A DNA stretch of 64,000 nucleotides from the human T2T-CHM13v2.0 reference genome, Homo sapiens: NCBI RefSeq assembly GCF_009914755.1, contig NC_060948.1, one strand, 5' to 3'. Below the pieces are notes generated by a model, which saw only the letters and a list, made by a program, of their open reading frames with translations, ran no database searches and was not told where the DNA came from. Below are positions 1 to 13,099 of the stretch, piece by piece; the first letter of the stretch is position 1, and every line of letters begins with the position of its first letter. Position numbers and translations under genes: made by a program.

Positions 1-59
1 ACTCGCTCCTGTCGCAGGATCAGCCGGCTTGGATGGTCTGGGTTCTGCTGGCTGGTCCA

Positions 60-3000
60 CTAGTCCTGGATTTCTGGTTTTAACCAACTGTGATGGATCC
101 AAGGCACAATTCCTGCAACTTTAACAATAGAGGGAGTGGACAAGATTATGGTACGGAGCCCAACCCATATGGGCCCTAGCGTGGTTGGATTCCATTTCAT
201 GACCGAAACAGAGTCCCCAGGTTTGAAGGGGTGTACCGGGTCTCTCAGGCTTATGGGCATTCTTTCCCATACCCAGCCATGGACACCCTGCATAGCTATC
301 CCTAAAGCCTGCATTTGCCTTCTCAAAGTCAGTTCCCCTAGTTCTCGGAGGTCACCCTTAATCTGACCTATGATGGGGGGTGGCCAGCCGAACAAGATCT
401 CATAGGGTGAATACCCAGTTTGTTTGGTGGGGGTGCACCTGACCTGGAGGAGGACCATGGGCAGGACCTAATCCCATCTCAGATGGGTTTCTTGGCAAAA
501 TTTCTTTAGTAGCTATTTGAGTGTCTGGTTCATGCTCTCCACTTTTCCTGAGCTCTGCGATCGATAGGCAGTGTGTAATTTCCACTTTATTTTTAACAGC
601 CGCATTTGTTCCTGAACTATCTTGGCTACAAATCTCAGTCCATTGTCTGACCCCAAAGTCAGGGGCAATCCAAATCTGAGGATAATGTCTGTTAACAGCA
701 CTTTAGTCACCTGTCGTGCTTTCTCTGTTCGGGTGGGGAGAGCCTTGACCCATCCCGAGAAGGTGAAAATGAGCACCAGCAGGTATTGATAGTCCCCCAC
801 TTGGGGCAACTCAGTGAAATCCATAAGCAGGTTTTTACAGGGTGCGGCCCGTATTTCCTGAATCCTGGGGGCCTGGTGGGCGTCTGTCGTGGGTTGTTCC
901 GGGCACAAGTTAGGTATTGTTTGCAAATGGCTTGGGTGATGGCAGTGAGCCGTGGCACATAGAAGTGGTGTCCCAGTAGTGTTTCTAGTGCCATTTTCCC
1001 CATGTGAGTTCCTTAGTGGAATTGCCTTATGAATTTAGGGGCCAGCATTTCAGGAATGGCTAGTCTCCTATCAGAGAATTTTCACCATCCTCCCTCAATA
1101 TATTTTCCAGATTCTTGGGCAAACCAGGCCTTCTCACTTGGAGAGTAACTTGGAATCTCCCGAGGGGAGGCTTCAGGAGGAGAGGGATAACCAGGGCTTT
1201 CTTTCTAGAGTGTGCAGTAGTCGTTGCTGCCTGTCTTGCTTCCCTGTCTGTCTTTCCGTTTCTCTTGGCCTCTAGTGTTCTTGACCTCTGTTGCCTCTAC
1301 AGTGCATAATAGCTACCTTCTTCAGGGCCTACACAGCTTCTAAGAGCTGTAGAATTTCCTCTTTGTACTTTATTTCTTTTCCTCCAGCAGTTAAAAGTCC
1401 TCTCTCCTTATATATAGCTCCATGTACATGCAATGTGGCAAAGGCATACTTGGAGTCAGTATAAATGTTAACCCTTTTATCTTTCACTAGCAAAAGAGCT
1501 CTCGTTAGGGCTATTAGCTCTGCCTTCTGGGTCAACATTTCGGTGGGCAGGGGCTGGGCCTCCACCACTGAGTCCAATGTTACCACCACATACCCTGCCC
1601 ATTGGACCCCTTCCAATATGAAACTGCTTCGATCTGTGAAGTATTCAACATCTGGGTCTCCAAGGGGGCAATCTGTGAGATCTCCCCAACTTGAGAATAC
1701 CTCATCTACTGTTTCCACACAGTCATGAAGGGGAGCTCCCGTTTCAATCGGGAACAAGGTGGCTGGGTTAAGGGTGTTTACTGTTTCCAAAGTTATGTGG
1801 GGATTCTCGCATAGGAGCCCCTGATACCGAGTCATTCTCAGATTTGATAGCCAATGGTGCCCTCGCTGGTCCATTAGAGTTATAACCGAGTGCGGATAGT
1901 CAATTGTTGTCCCAAAGTCAATTTGTCAGCATCTTGCGTTAGTAGGGCAGTGGCAGCTAGAGCCCTAAGACAGGGGGGCCATCCCCAAGCTACAGAGTCC
2001 AGCTGTTTGGATAAGTAGGCTACCAGGCAGTGCCAAGATCCTAGGACTTGAGTCAGGACCCCTATAGCCATTCCTTTTCGTTCATGAACATACAGTGAAA
2101 AGGCTTAGTTATATCTGGCAGTCCTAAGGCCGGGACCTGAGTTAGAGCCTCCTTGATCTGTTTAAATGCCTTTTCTTGGTCAGTTTCCCAGAGGAGGGGC
2201 TCACTTTCCACCTTTTGTGGCTTCATATAAGGGCTTAGCCATAAGTGAGAAGTTTGGGATCCAGATATGACAAATGCTATTATTTGACGCCTATTGGTTG
2301 GGGTTGGGAGTGCACAAACAGCCTGTTTTCATTCATTGCCGAGCCAGCGTTCCCCTTGACTCACTATGAAGCCTACATATTTAACCCTTTCCTGGCAAAT
2401 TGGGCTTTCTTCCTGGATACTTTATAACCAGCTTTACATACGAAGTGGAGGAGGTCTTGGGTTCGTTGGTAACAGTCCTCATGGGTTGGGGCTACTAAAA
2501 GGAGATCGTCTACATAGTTGAGCAAGGCACAGTTATTATTTGCGGGGTGTAGACCTTGAGTTCTGGGGCCACCGCTTCCCCAAAAATTGTGGGAGACTTT
2601 TTGAATCCTTGTGGGAGCCTAGTCCAGGTGAGCTGCTCCCCTGTACCCGTGACTGAATCATCTCATTGAAATGCAAAGATGGGCTGACTACTTGGTGCTA
2701 CGCAAGGAAACAAAAAGGCATCTTTTAAGTCCAGGCAAGTAAACCAAGCAGCATTTGCAGGAATGAGTCCCATTAAAGTATACAGGTTTGGTACTACTGG
2801 GTGGATGGTCACTGTAGCCTGGTTTACAGCATGCAAGTTCTGCACCAGTCTGTATTCATTAGTCCCTGGTTTCCGCACTGGCAAAAGCAGAGTGTTCCAT
2901 GGTGACCAGCATTGGGCCAAGACCCTGTGTTCCAATAGCCGCTTCAAATGCCCTTGAATGCCCTGTACGGCTTCTTGGGAAAGTGGGTATTGACAAACCC

Positions 3001-3190
3001 GAACCGGAATTTCCCCCGGTTTTAGTTCTACTGTCACTGGTGCCTGGTTCCAGCCAGTCCAGGGGGCTTATCTTCAGCCCACTCCAGGAATTTTACTAGG
3101 CAACCCATACAGCTCATGTAGCTCTGGCTTTAGCAATCCTTTTGCGCACAGTCTCCATTCCTCTGCCTGTGGGACGGTAAGGGTTAACAC
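60..3190 (-). pseudogene. pol: Retroviral pol remnant (RT, RNase H, integrase), disrupted
   Basis: RT: 'SPWNTLLLPVRKPG', 'TCLDLKDAF', 'LPQGF', and YVDD at 2505-2516. RNase H: 'YFTDRSS...QKAELIAL...IYTDSKYAF' (ORF 1329..1874). IN: 'MDFTEL...LGSDNG...QSSGKVESMN' (513..926) and C-terminal 'PWIHHS' (60..458). Confidence 0.95.
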
Positions 3191-3550
3191 CATTGCTTCT
3201 GGGTGGGGCAGGCTTAAAGTCATATTCCCCTGCTGCCTGAAAGCAATCTGGGCTTGCAGTTTTCGAGTAAGCCTCTTCCTATCAGGGGAACTGGGCAATT
3301 CGGGAGGTATAGGAATTCATGCTGGACCTCTAGTCCCCTTATGACACATCTCTGGGGCCAGAAGAATGACCTTTTCTCTGGGACCCCTGTAGCCCCAACG
3401 ATAGTCATAATTTTTGGATAGTGGCCCCACAGGCCGTGTCACTGCCGAGTGTTCAGCCCCAGTGGCTACCATAAAGTCCATCAGTTGGCCCCCTACTGCC
3501 ACCATGACCATGGGCTCCTGGCAGCCTACGGAGATGGAGCCCAGTCTTGC
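3191..3550 (-). pseudogene. pro: Retroviral aspartic protease remnant, in frame with gag after the TAG stop
   Basis: 'DFMVATGAEHS' (DTG motif mutated to ATG) in ORF 3317..3511 and 'CPVPLIGRGLL' (GRDLL-like) in ORF 3220..3408, with a frameshift between them. Confidence 0.9.
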
Positions 3551-5446
3551 CTAATCTTCATACCCTTCAGTTCCTGCCAGCCTGATAAGGTCAGTGTCTG
3601 GCTCCCTCTGAATGCGGCCTCCTTTGGCTAGCAGTCTTCTAGCCCTATGGCCTTCGTCCTTTCCCTCATTGCCCTCTGGACATTCATTCTTCCAGTGTCC
3701 CTTCCTCTTGCACCAAACACACTGGTCCCTATCTAGTCTTGCCCGATTCTCAGGTTTTTTCCCGATTTGACCCCTTTCTTGTCTGCGCCCATGTCCACGT
3801 CCTCTCGCGATACTCACTCTCCTCTCCGTGAGTGCTGCCGCCAGCAAATCAGCTTTCTTCCTAAGTCTCCGATCAGCTTCCCTTTTTGCCTCCTGGTCGC
3901 GGTTAACTTACACTTTTGTGGCTACTTCCAAAAGCTGGCATTCATGCCTGCAAAACCTTCCAGCTTTTGTAGTTTCCGCCTAATGTCTCCCTGGGCTTGT
4001 CCTACAGATGCCGTGTTCACCATGCCTTGGTTCTCATTAGCCTCGGGGTCAAATGGTGTGTATAGCCAGAATGTCTCACAGAGTCTCTCATAAAACTGGC
4101 TAGCGCTTTCATCTGCTCTCTGAAGCACCTCCAAAATTTTTCCCATATTGAGTGCCTTTTTCCTACCTTCTCTCAAACCTTGCAGGTGTGCCTCTCAGTA
4201 CCTCTGGCTAGGGCCTTCATCTGCTCTCTGAAGCACCTCCAAAATCTTTCCCATAATGAGTGCCTTTTTCCTGCCTTCTCTCAAACCTTGCAGGAATGCC
4301 TCTCGGTACCTCTGGCTAGGGCTTTCATCTGCTCTCTGAAGCACCTCCGAAATCTTTCCCGTATTGAGTGCCTTTGTCCTGCCTTCTCTCAAACCTTGTA
4401 GGAGTGCCTCTCAGAACCTCTGCAGTTGCTACAGTTGGGCTGCCTCATTTGGGTCCCAGTGTGGGTCTGCTTCTGGGAACTGGTCCAAAGTGTATGTCTG
4501 GACATTAAGGGTGCCTTGTTTTCTAGCCAGTGGAGGGGTGCTTGGGTCAGCCTCCGAAGCTCCTCGGTATTTAACAGTGTCAGGAGGTGTTTCTTGCAAT
4601 CTGGTCAGGATGGATTACGTGTTTGAGAAATAGGCTGCATCAGATCTATGAGGGCCTGGGGCTTCTCTGTGTAGGAGGGAATATGGTGCTTCCAGTTAAG
4701 GCGGTCAGTGGTTGAGAAAGCCTGGTAGAGGAAGGTCCATTGCCCTCCTTGTACCTGGCCCTGTTCATCATAATAGATGGATCCTCAAGTTTCCCAGAAG
4801 GGCATTTGTAAGGCTTGGGAGCGGCCAGACTGGAGGAGGCCTGCTTGGTCATTTTGACTTCCCTCCCTGCATTTCTGAGGCAGTAGTTCGGACGCATCCC
4901 TTTGGGGTGAAGCCTCTGACTTACCACCATCTGAGCTTAACTCCTCAGGGGCCAGCCTCGGTAAAGGGGGGTAGATTGGAGTGTAAGGAGGAAGAATCTC
5001 TGTCTCCTCTGGTAGTTCCTATAAAACTAGTTTCTCCTGACTCTCCTGTGGCTTTTTATGTCTCTCCAAAGCTCCCAGTAAAGTTGATCCTTCTTTCAAC
5101 ATAGGCTCGGCTTGGGCTACGAGCGTTTTGCAATACACTGCCAGGCAGGGCTGCAGTCACACAGGTCGAGTTTGAATTATATTTAGCCATGAGTCAATAT
5201 ATGGAAATCGGTCTGGATGCCCTGGCTGTCGTCTGACCACAGTCACCACCTTAAATACACGGCCAATTCTTTCCCTATCTATAGTTCCTTCGGCCGTCCA
5301 TTCGACACTAAAAGAGGGCCATTCTACTTCACAGAGAATTCTCAACCTCTGGGGGTTAACTTGATCCCATAGTCCCCTCATAACCTTTCTTAAAAGTTCT
5401 CTAACATACATTCTAACAGGGTGGGTTTCGACGACTTCCCTCCCAT
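3551..5446 (-). pseudogene. gag: Retroviral gag remnant (MA, CA, NC), disrupted
   Basis: ATG at 5444-5446 gives MGGKSSKPT (myristoylation-type start). MA 'LCEVEWPSF...WTAEGT...FPYIDSW'. CA major homology region 'VLQRADESASQFYERLCE'. Single CCHC knuckle 'CVWCKRKGHWKNEC'. TAG stop at 3551-3553. Confidence 0.93.
4096..4419 (-). repeat. Three tandem 108-bp (36-codon) copies inside gag capsid
   Basis: Units start at 4096, 4204 and 4312 with 'ctggctag..ttcatctgctctctgaagcacctcc'. Adjacent units differ at 8-9 of 108 positions. Confidence 0.95.
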
Positions 5447-5966
5447 TTCCTCCCAGTTACGGTGCAATTCACTCCCTCTCACTTTCGCTTCATACCGATT
5501 AGACCGTCCCTCTCGCGGGAGTATTTCAGACGCTGCTTAGCATTGGAGGCTCCGTTTTAACCCCCACAATTACTAGATTGTGGGCCACCTCCCTAAGCCA
5601 TATGTGGATCACCACTAGTCCCGGTCGGTCCCACAATTCACTCGGAGTGTACAGTCTATGCTAAGAGACCTGCGGCCTCACACATGTCACTCCCCACATT
5701 GGTTCCTTTTGGAACCACCTCTTTCACACGCATTCACATACTTCCCCACTCCCAGTTTCTCTTCGCTAGTTGGGGTGTAGGTTTCATCTGACTCTGTGGG
5801 CCACTCTTGTGTCCTGGGTCAAACTACTCAGTACACCCCGGGTGCAAGTTTCATCCGACTTTGCGAGTCACTCTCGCGCCCTAGGTCAGAATACTTAACG
5901 CACCCCCGGGAGGTGATCAGGCTCCCTTTCTGTCCTTATGGGACGAGTCCTGTCCTGGGCCCCAAA

Positions 5967-5975
5967 CCTTACCGT
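5967..5975 (-). promoter_or_regulatory. Probable major splice donor of the provirus
   Basis: Minus strand reads ACG|GTAAGG in the leader, about 200 nt downstream of the PBS, the usual position for the env splice donor. Confidence 0.5.
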
Positions 5976-6176
5976 GGTCCCGTAGCACACTGTCCCTGGA
6001 ATCATCCTGAAGCCCCTTACATTCCGTTGTGCAGACTGGGAGGGGCACCAGGTCACAGGAGAACCAATCCCTTCTCCAGGTTAACTTCCCACGATGGCAC
6101 CTGAGGTCATAGGTCTCCCCCCGGCTTGGGGCCCCAGACCCACAGGCAAAGGAGACAGCAAACCTGTTGTCTCCAA

Positions 6177-6194
6177 CTCCTGGCTGGCTCACCA
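6177..6194 (-). promoter_or_regulatory. Primer binding site complementary to tRNA-Arg(ACG)
   Basis: Minus strand TGGTGAGCCAGCCAGGAG, 3 nt after the LTR's terminal CA. The plus strand CTCCTGGCTGGCTCACCA matches the recalled tRNA-Arg-ACG 3' end CTCCTGGCTGGCTCGCCA at 17/18. Confidence 0.9.
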
Positions 6195-6197
6195 AAA

Positions 6198-6719
6198 TGT
6201 CGCGGGAATCAGGAGACGGGAAAGACCAATAGGGTGGAACAGGAGGATTTTATTTAGGTGCAGCGGTTCAGCAGGATTGCACCCAAAAGGCCGAGCCCCA
6301 GACAAATACAGGGCTTGACTTTTATACATGCATCTGTGGTGTGAAATGCAGCGGCGTGAAAGCGGGTAGAACAAAGACAGTTTAACAAAAAGTGACAGGC
6401 TCATAACTCAGGCTTTCATGTGACTCTTGCTATGCGGGCCATGTGGCTGTTATCTAGGCTTGCTCAAGATGCTTGCACAATCTTATTTCATGTCTTTCTC
6501 AATGGAGCCCAGATGGCTGAAATCTAAGCTTGCTCAAGCATTTCTCATGACCTCCGTGGTGCTACAGACACTAGTTACAGAAAACAGGAATGTATAAACT
6601 CATAAAAACTTGCAGAGCAGGGTACAAGGGCATGGAGCAGGGAGGGATTAAAGAGGTAAGCTGCTCATACCAAAGAAAAGGAAGAAAATTTGTTTTTTCC
6701 CTTTTTAACTTCTGCTTCA
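6198..6719 (-). mobile_element. 5' LTR of the provirus (about 520 bp)
   Basis: Minus strand TGAAGCAG...CCCGCGACA, with TATAAAAG at 6319-6326, AATAAA at 6249-6254 and ~70-bp imperfect direct repeats in U3. Directly abuts the PBS. Confidence 0.9.
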
Positions 6720-7170
6720 GTACTAACAAGAGCAAAGACATGGAATCAACCTAAATGCCCAACAGTGGTAGACTGGATAAAGAAAATGTGGTATATGTAC
6801 ACTATGGAATACTACATAGCCATAAAAAGACTGAGATCATGTCCTTTGCAACAACATGGATGGAGCTGAGGCCACTATCCTAAGTGAACTAATGCAAGAT
6901 TGAAAACCAAATACTGCATGTTCTTATTTATAACTGGGAGCTAAACTTTGAATATACAGGGACAAAAAGAAGGAAACTATAGAAATCAGGGACTACTTGA
7001 GGGTGGAGGGTGGGCTGGCGGGTGAGGATTGAAAAACTACCTATCAGGTACTATGTATATTGCCTGGGTGACGAAATAATATGTTCATCAGAACTCCACA
7101 ATGTACAATTTCTTTTATGAAAAACCTGCACATGTATTTCTGAACCTAAAAGAATAGTGAAAAGAGTAAA
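6720..7170 (+). mobile_element. L1 3' end (old L1PA/L1PB type) into which the provirus inserted
   Basis: 'agcaaagacatggaatcaacctaaatgccc...gactggataaagaaaatgtgg' (ORF2 C-terminus), then a G-rich 3' UTR and A-rich tail. Confidence 0.88.
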
Positions 7171-7334
7171 ATACATTTTAAAAGAAGTTTGAAAATAAAT
7201 GTCTTAAATTACTACCTAAAAATGCAGAGAAAAAGAAAGCACAAGTGAAAATGTTTATCTTAGACATCAGATATTACATTATGATAAAATGAGCCATTTT
7301 TGTTAAATCATAAGTTGACAATTATAAGTCAGGT

Positions 7335-7510
7335 AGGGCTGCCATTTCTGGTTGTACATAGAGTTCACTACATAAGTTATTGGCTGCAAACATATATGGG
7401 TATTGAGATCCAGCTCATGCTGGAGTACAGAGTGCTTTGTCCTATGTTATTATGAATCTTAGTCAATCCATAAAGATATGTGACTGCAACGCTATGTAAA
7501 CTAGTGGGGA
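7335..7510 (+). mobile_element. Possible short hAT-type DNA transposon fragment (MER53-like)
   Basis: Begins 'agggctgccatttctggttgtaca...ttcactacataa', resembling the recalled MER53 terminus. Highly decayed. Confidence 0.3.
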
Positions 7511-7519
7511 CATATTTTT

Positions 7520-9400
7520 TCTAACACCCTCACATGTCTGGTGTACCCCAAACATCATAGAAAATAAATGTAAAACACAACTACAACCTTAATTTAGATA
7601 TATTTATGTTTTTCTCTATCCATGCAATATTTGGTGAAAATATCAATCATATGCTTGGCAATAAATAATGTATGTATATTTGAAAATATACATATATGTA
7701 TATTTGAAAGTAATATATATATAATATATAACTGAAAATTATAAAATCCTTACAATATATGATAATAATTCAACACAATCAGAAAACAATAATAAAATAG
7801 CAATAATGAAAAGTGTAAACAAAAAGCATTAACTGTGTGGATATCTGAAACATCCTTATAAAATTTCAATAAAAGAGAATATCAAAAGTGAAATATAAAC
7901 ATATATGTAGCATGAATTGATAAAAACACCTTATATCCAAAGTTATGAAATATAATTCTCAAAGAAAAAATTAAAACTTTATTTTAATTACAAGAAGAAA
8001 CCAAAAAAATAAGAGTTTGCTACTCTCGAGAAATTAGAAAAAAATGACAAAATTAACCAAAAGAAAGAAAAAGGAATTAGTTAACATAATAGATAACATT
8101 AAGTTAATTAAACAGTAAATAAATAAAGAAATATAATGAATTGGATGTGTATGTGGAAATAATTTTCTCTTTTTTATCGTTTAGTAAAATGGATAAATTA
8201 TTTATGAGGAAAAAAGAGCTAAAATAGCTGATTATATAAATGAGAAAAGGCAAGAATCATAACTAGTAATTTAACATTTTTAAGAATTTGATATATGCAC
8301 ATCTATGAAAATAAATTTGGACACCTTTAACAAAAGAATGATTTCCTAGAAAAATATCAATAAAGTTAACTTTAAAAATACTTAAATTCAGCAATTGCCA
8401 CAGCACAGATTAGAAAGTTGATTTATAATTTTCTATTGAAAAGGGAACCACTAAAAGATGTATCTTTTCTATCTAATCTAGAACTGATACTAAAAGATGT
8501 ATCAGTTCCATCTAATCTTTAAAAGGATAGGTTATTGAAATGTTTATTATATTATGAGATGGTAGAAAATGACGAGTAATTCTCTACTATAGTGTATGTG
8601 GTCACAATAAGTTTAATACTAAAAATTTAATATAGTACAGAAATAAAACTATAGGCCAATTTCACTTATCAATATAGATGTAAACTTTTTAAACTACTTA
8701 GTAGATGTAATCCAGCAATATAATGCTGAGTCTCAGAAACTGATAGCCCCAAAGTAATATGATGCTTTGACATGCTGAAGCAGAAGTTTCAAGGTCTCTC
8801 TGACCTTCCACACCTCTACACACCACCCATCTTCCATCACTCCCAAAGCACAGGATAAAGTTAGTCTCCAAAGTTCTATTTTCTGCCTATAGTTCATATT
8901 TCCAAAGAAGAAAACAATTACCTCTGGTCCGTTCCCTGAGTTTCATTAACTGAACTCATATCACAGGAAGAAAAACTGAAGGCTGTCAAAACACCTGCTC
9001 AGACTTTCGTCATAAACCATTGTTTGTTGTATGGGCCCAACAGAGCTTCTGCCATTGGATTTTCCTGAAAAACAAAAATTGCTGCCCTCTGAAAATCATC
9101 CATACTTCCCCATCTTCCTTTTCCCTAAGAAGAATGGATATAAGCATCTGTATGCCATTGGGTGATAGGGTAATCAATCCGTGATTCCCCTCGTCTGCCA
9201 TGTACACTAATACACTTTAAGTCTTCTCTCCTATTAGTCTACCTTTTCTCAGTTGATTCTCAGTGAACTTTTAGAGGGTGAAGGGGAATTTTCCATTTGA
9301 CCCTACAAGTAGAATGTATTTGAGGAATATAAGGGTGATTCAATATTAGATGGTAGCTATTAATCAGCAAAACACATTTTAAAATTTCAGAATAGACTTT
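7520..9400 (+). mobile_element. Highly decayed old L1 (L1M/L1ME) ORF2 fragments, interrupted by a MER39-like LTR
   Basis: A-rich plus strand with ORF2-like motifs such as 'aaactataggccaatttcacttatcaatatagatgtaaa' and 'tccagcaata'. Confidence 0.6.
8724..9307 (+). mobile_element. Solo LTR, MER39-like (ERV1, MER4 group)
   Basis: Starts TG 'tgctgagtctcagaaactgatagccccaaa...gctttgacatgctgaa' and ends 'agagggtgaaggggaattttcc...ccctaCA'. Confidence 0.8.
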
Positions 9401-9622
9401 GTCTCAAGAATTTGGCTCTGAAAATCAAGAGTACTGACCTTCAGACTATTTTCTCTGTCATTGACTTTAGAATCTCTATCTTAAAATCATTGCTGAGCAA
9501 TGACTTTTTATTCTTGGCTCTACCTGCACTCTCCCTAAGGGTAATGAATGTTGCTCATTTTATATGTGAAAAAAAGAAAAAAAAATACGAAAGAAGAGTA
9601 TCATCTTAAAATGTCCAGATTC

Positions 9623-9995
<373 letters not shown>

Positions 9996-10067
9996 TAGTA
10001 CATCCAACTCTCAATTATCTATTCACATGGTAGAGACTGATAACTTGGTCAATAAGAATTTATATAA

Positions 10068-10385
<318 letters not shown>

Positions 10386-10546
10386 TTACAGAGAAATTTT
10401 AACTGAAATTTGATCTAATAAAAGTTTAACATCACGTTAAATTTTTGATATGTGATGCATAAATTTAAATGAAATCAATGGCCTCTGGCAAACACAAATC
10501 TTTCTTTCACTACAGGTTTGTTTTATATCTTCTAGCACTCCATATT

Positions 10547-11620
<1,074 letters not shown>

Positions 11621-11650
11621 CATTTTCTGCATTCAGATATGATATCAAAC

Positions 11651-12293
11651 TATAAGCTAATAATAAAACTTAAGCCCCTCAACCATATCAATGGACCCCT
11701 CTTCTTGGTCAATTGCATTCCAAAGTCAACCTGAAAAACCAGTTCAGGCCATGATGAGTAGAGAGAGTCAGACATGCCTCAGTGGGCCCTCCTCCCTTTT
11801 GGAATTCAGTACATCTGACCAGCATTAACATCAACACAGAGACTGATAGAACAGACTCTTTAAGTCTGGTAACAAACATTTAATGTTTATTTTTACTGAT
11901 GTCTACTATCAGGAGGCTTCATCTGCGTGATAAAACCTTGGTCCCCATAATGGCTTATCATAACCCAGACACTCTTTTCTATTGATTCCAGGTCTTTAGA
12001 TAATATCTCCTTCAACCAATTGCCAATCAGAAAATATTTGAATCCACCTATGACCTGAAAGCCCCTGCTTCCAGTTGTCCCACCTTTCCAGACCAAACCA
12101 ATGTATGTCTTACATGCATTGATTGATGTCTTATGTCTCTCCAACACGTATAAAACCAAGCTGTAGCCTGGCCACCTTGGGCACATGTTCTTACAGTCTC
12201 CTGAAGACTGTGGCATAAGCCATTGGTCACTCACATTTGGCTCAAAATAAATATCTTCAAATATTTTATAGAGTTTGACTCTTTTTGTCAACA
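11651..12293 (+). mobile_element. Solo LTR, MER4-family (MER4D/E-like)
   Basis: Starts 'tataagctaataataaaacttaagcccctcaacc', ends 'aaatattttatagagtttgactctttttgtcaaCA'. Exact 4-bp TSD AAAC (11647-11650 and 12294-12297). Confidence 0.87.
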
Positions 12294-12870
12294 AAACCCT
12301 AGAAATAATTTTAAAAAGCAACCACCTGAGTTATTGAGAGTGAAAAGAGGCAGAAAGACTCATATAGGGGATGTACCATGGATGAGGGCAGATAGAGAAC
12401 TCAGTTCATGCCTCCAGGGCCTAGGGCTAATTACAGTCTGTAGTATTCCACTGTGAAGGGAAGATGTGAATCTGAGGAAGCCTAAGAGAATGGAGGAATT
12501 TTGGTAGAAAAAGAGCCACAAAGGGGATCCCTAAACATGGTTTACTCACATCTCTATTAAGGCAATTGAAACATTAACGGGCAGACCAGACTCTAATAAA
12601 CCTAAATAAAGACATAAAAACGGAAATTTGAAGGGAGTTGGAAGTACTGGATAAGAATCCATATGTGAAACTAATGAAGCAAATAAAAAAAGAGCCAACC
12701 TACTAAAACAAGAAATAGAATATTCGTTAGAGAAAGATAATTAAAAAATAAAAATAATAATGACAATAAATAAATCCAGAAACTAGACAACTTAACATCT
12801 GTAATATCATATTACCCAATATATGAAGAACCAAGAAAACAGCACACTGTCTTAAAGAAAATAAAATCAC

Positions 12871-13097
12871 AGCTTGGGCAACATAGTGAGATCCTGTCTC
12901 CACAAAATAAAATAATAAGTTAGCTAGGCACGGTGGCACACACATGTATTCCCAGCTGCTCAGGAGGCTGAGGTAGGAGGATTGCTTGAGCCCAGGAGGT
13001 CAAGGCTACAGTGGCTGCAGTAAGCTATGGTTGAGCCACTATTCTCCAGCCTACTTGATAGAGCGAGACCGTGTCTCAAAACAAAACAAACAGAAAA
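12871..13097 (+). mobile_element. 5'-truncated AluJ
   Basis: 'agcttgggcaacatagtgaga...ggaggattgcttgagcccaggaggtcaaggctacagtg' (AluJ diagnostics). Confidence 0.88.
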
Positions 13098-13099
13098 AA

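Larger units (their letters stand above)
1..6719 (-). mobile_element. Class I (gammaretrovirus-like) endogenous retrovirus, HERV3/ERV3-like (tRNA-Arg primed). 5' LTR, leader and gag-pro-pol; env and 3' LTR lie beyond the left edge
   Basis: Minus-strand order LTR (TG...CA) - PBS(Arg) - MA/CA/NC - TAG readthrough - PR - RT (YVDD) - RNase H - IN. All frames are broken by stops and frameshifts. Family name inferred from the PBS and gamma-type layout. Confidence 0.93.

Noticed and set aside
4096-4419. CRISPR-like array
   Set aside because: Contiguous tandem units with no unique spacers, lying inside a eukaryotic retroviral gag.
60-5446. Intact or co-opted retroviral gag/pol ORF
   Set aside because: Longest fragment is 181 aa; many stops and frameshifts; protease active site mutated.
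6177-6194. tRNA-Arg gene
   Set aside because: Only the 18-nt 3' end is present, next to the LTR; it is a primer binding site.
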